In this document: one piece after another, positions 63,118 to 64,000 of the stretch | How the letters are laid out: each line of letters opens with the position of its first letter | Numbering within the stretch: position 1 is the stretch's first letter | DNA from: an uncultured bacterium | GTDB taxonomy: Bacteria > Patescibacteriota > Minisyncoccia > Phycocordibacterales > UBA6065 | Reading direction: 5' to 3' | DNA: 64,000 bases | Assembly (NCBI GenBank): GCA_966243015.1 | Contig: CBIMES010000001.1 | Span: 426,076-490,075 of the forward strand | Translations under genes and position numbers: made by a program | Notes under the pieces: generated by a model | Told to the model about the DNA's origin: nothing | Database searches by the model: none | Seen by the model: the letters and a program-made list of their open reading frames with translations, nothing else

Positions 63118-63527
63118 GGCCCCGCGCGCGCAAAAAGACCCCTGGAGGCTGAAAGCCCCAGGGGTCGAATGCGTCCGTTATGCTGCCTCCGGCCAACCTT
63201 GCGGTCGGCTACCCGTCATAGCCTTGGTGGGCTTTTACCCCGCCAACAAGCTGATAGGACACGAACGCCTGTGAAGTGCTCTTTGCGCGTGAAGCGTAAA
63301 GACTACGATGAACTCTGCGCGAGTTAGGAAACGCAGCCCCTCGTGATCCGGGAAGGTCCGGGACACCTTCCCTTATGCCCGAAGACATACTCCACTGTCG
63401 CTGATTCGCGTATTACTCGCACAAGCCCGAGGGCCTGGGCAGCGCTGGCATCTACTGACAGTCTACGCACCTTTGACTTCGCGTCAAATCTTTGCCGTAA
63501 TCACTTTATTAGGGTAATCTGGGACAC

Positions 63528-64000
63528 ATGTCTAAAAACGACACCATTCTCAGTTTCGACGAAGTCTCGTTCGAGTACGGCCACAACAAGCCCATACTGA
63601 ACGAGGCTTCTTTCTCCGTGCGCAGGGGCATGAAGGTCACGCTCATGGGCCAGAACGGCGCGGGCAAGTCCACCCTCTTCGGCCTCATCGCCGGCGCCTC
63701 AAAGCCCGAGTCGGGCAAGATCAATCGCGCCCAGGGAATGACCATGGCCACCGCCAAGCAGGTCATCCCCCGCGAGGACCTCGACCTCACCATCCGCGCC
63801 TTCTTCGAGAAGTGCTTCGCCCAGAAGGTCTACGATATCGACCCGCGCATTGACGAGGTGTTCGAGGCGGTTAACTTCAGCGCACCGCACGACCGCATCA
63901 TCCGCTCGTTCTCGGGCGGCCAGCAGGCGCGCATCCTCCTCGCCTCGGCCCTCATCCAGAAGCCTGACCTGCTCCTCCTCGACGAGCCGACCAACAACCT
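63528..64000 (+). CDS. ABC-F family ATPase (N-terminal part; continues beyond the window)
   Basis: Own translation [18 protein letters not shown]...[10 protein letters not shown]...[31 protein letters not shown]. There is no stop in the window. Confidence 0.85.
   Translation, partial: [157 protein letters not shown]

Noticed and set aside
63150-63500. RNase P RNA, SRP RNA or tmRNA in the long non-coding region
   Set aside because: GGGAAGGTCCGGGAC superficially resembles the RNase P CR-I region. However, the order of motifs is wrong, the length before the next CDS is too short, and there is no tRNA-like end for tmRNA. I kept it only as an unclassified structured leader.
1-64000. CRISPR arrays, integrases, transposases and prophage structural genes
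   Set aside because: None was seen. The only periodic repeats are intragenic protein-coding repeats (PKD, Delta-60, beta-helix) and the terminator hairpin family.

Overview
This is a gene-dense, high-GC (about 60%) bacterial chromosomal window with AT-rich intergenic regions. I found no CRISPR array, integrase or transposase.

Most genes are on the minus strand. Three giant secreted or surface proteins dominate it. The first is a Delta-60-repeat protein that runs off the 5' edge of the window. The second is a 1400-aa protein with BNR/Asp-box, beta-helix-like repeats and a C-terminal peptidoglycan-binding domain. The third is a 1216-aa protein with four PKD-like repeats, a Calx-beta-like domain, a PG-binding domain and two C-terminal TM helices. 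Envelope and oxidative-folding genes sit around them: uppP, two PAP2 phosphatases, a CDP-alcohol phosphatidyltransferase, dgkA, secG, a DsbB(BdbC)-like/thioredoxin pair, SIMPL, and LemA plus TPM. Housekeeping genes include class II fba, a PfkB kinase, RNase J, an oligopeptide-type SBP, an MFS transporter, tyrA-pheA, a PurO-like IMP cyclohydrolase, a P-type ATPase and an ABC-F ATPase.

I called two tRNAs, Ser-GGA on the minus strand and Gln-CTG on the plus strand. A lexA gene has a Cheo-type LexA box sitting exactly in the promoter spacer.

The accessory features I think deserve follow-up are:
- a low-GC islet next to lexA: Vsr, a DUF2075 nuclease-helicase, a GIY-YIG nuclease and a DUF45 metallohydrolase, with a phased TGATAA/TTATCA operator array at its start;
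- an NYN-nuclease cassette bracketed by identical 30-nt palindromic repeats and by two paralogous membrane-anchored wHTH genes;
- a Pif1-family helicase followed by a low-GC PD-(D/E)xK nuclease and a Zn-peptidase;
- a genome-specific family of at least five near-identical terminator hairpins;
- an array of repeats derived from the tRNA-Ser 3' end, including a 137-bp element with terminal inverted repeats.

All calls come from reading the sequence and the supplied ORF track. I ran no searches.
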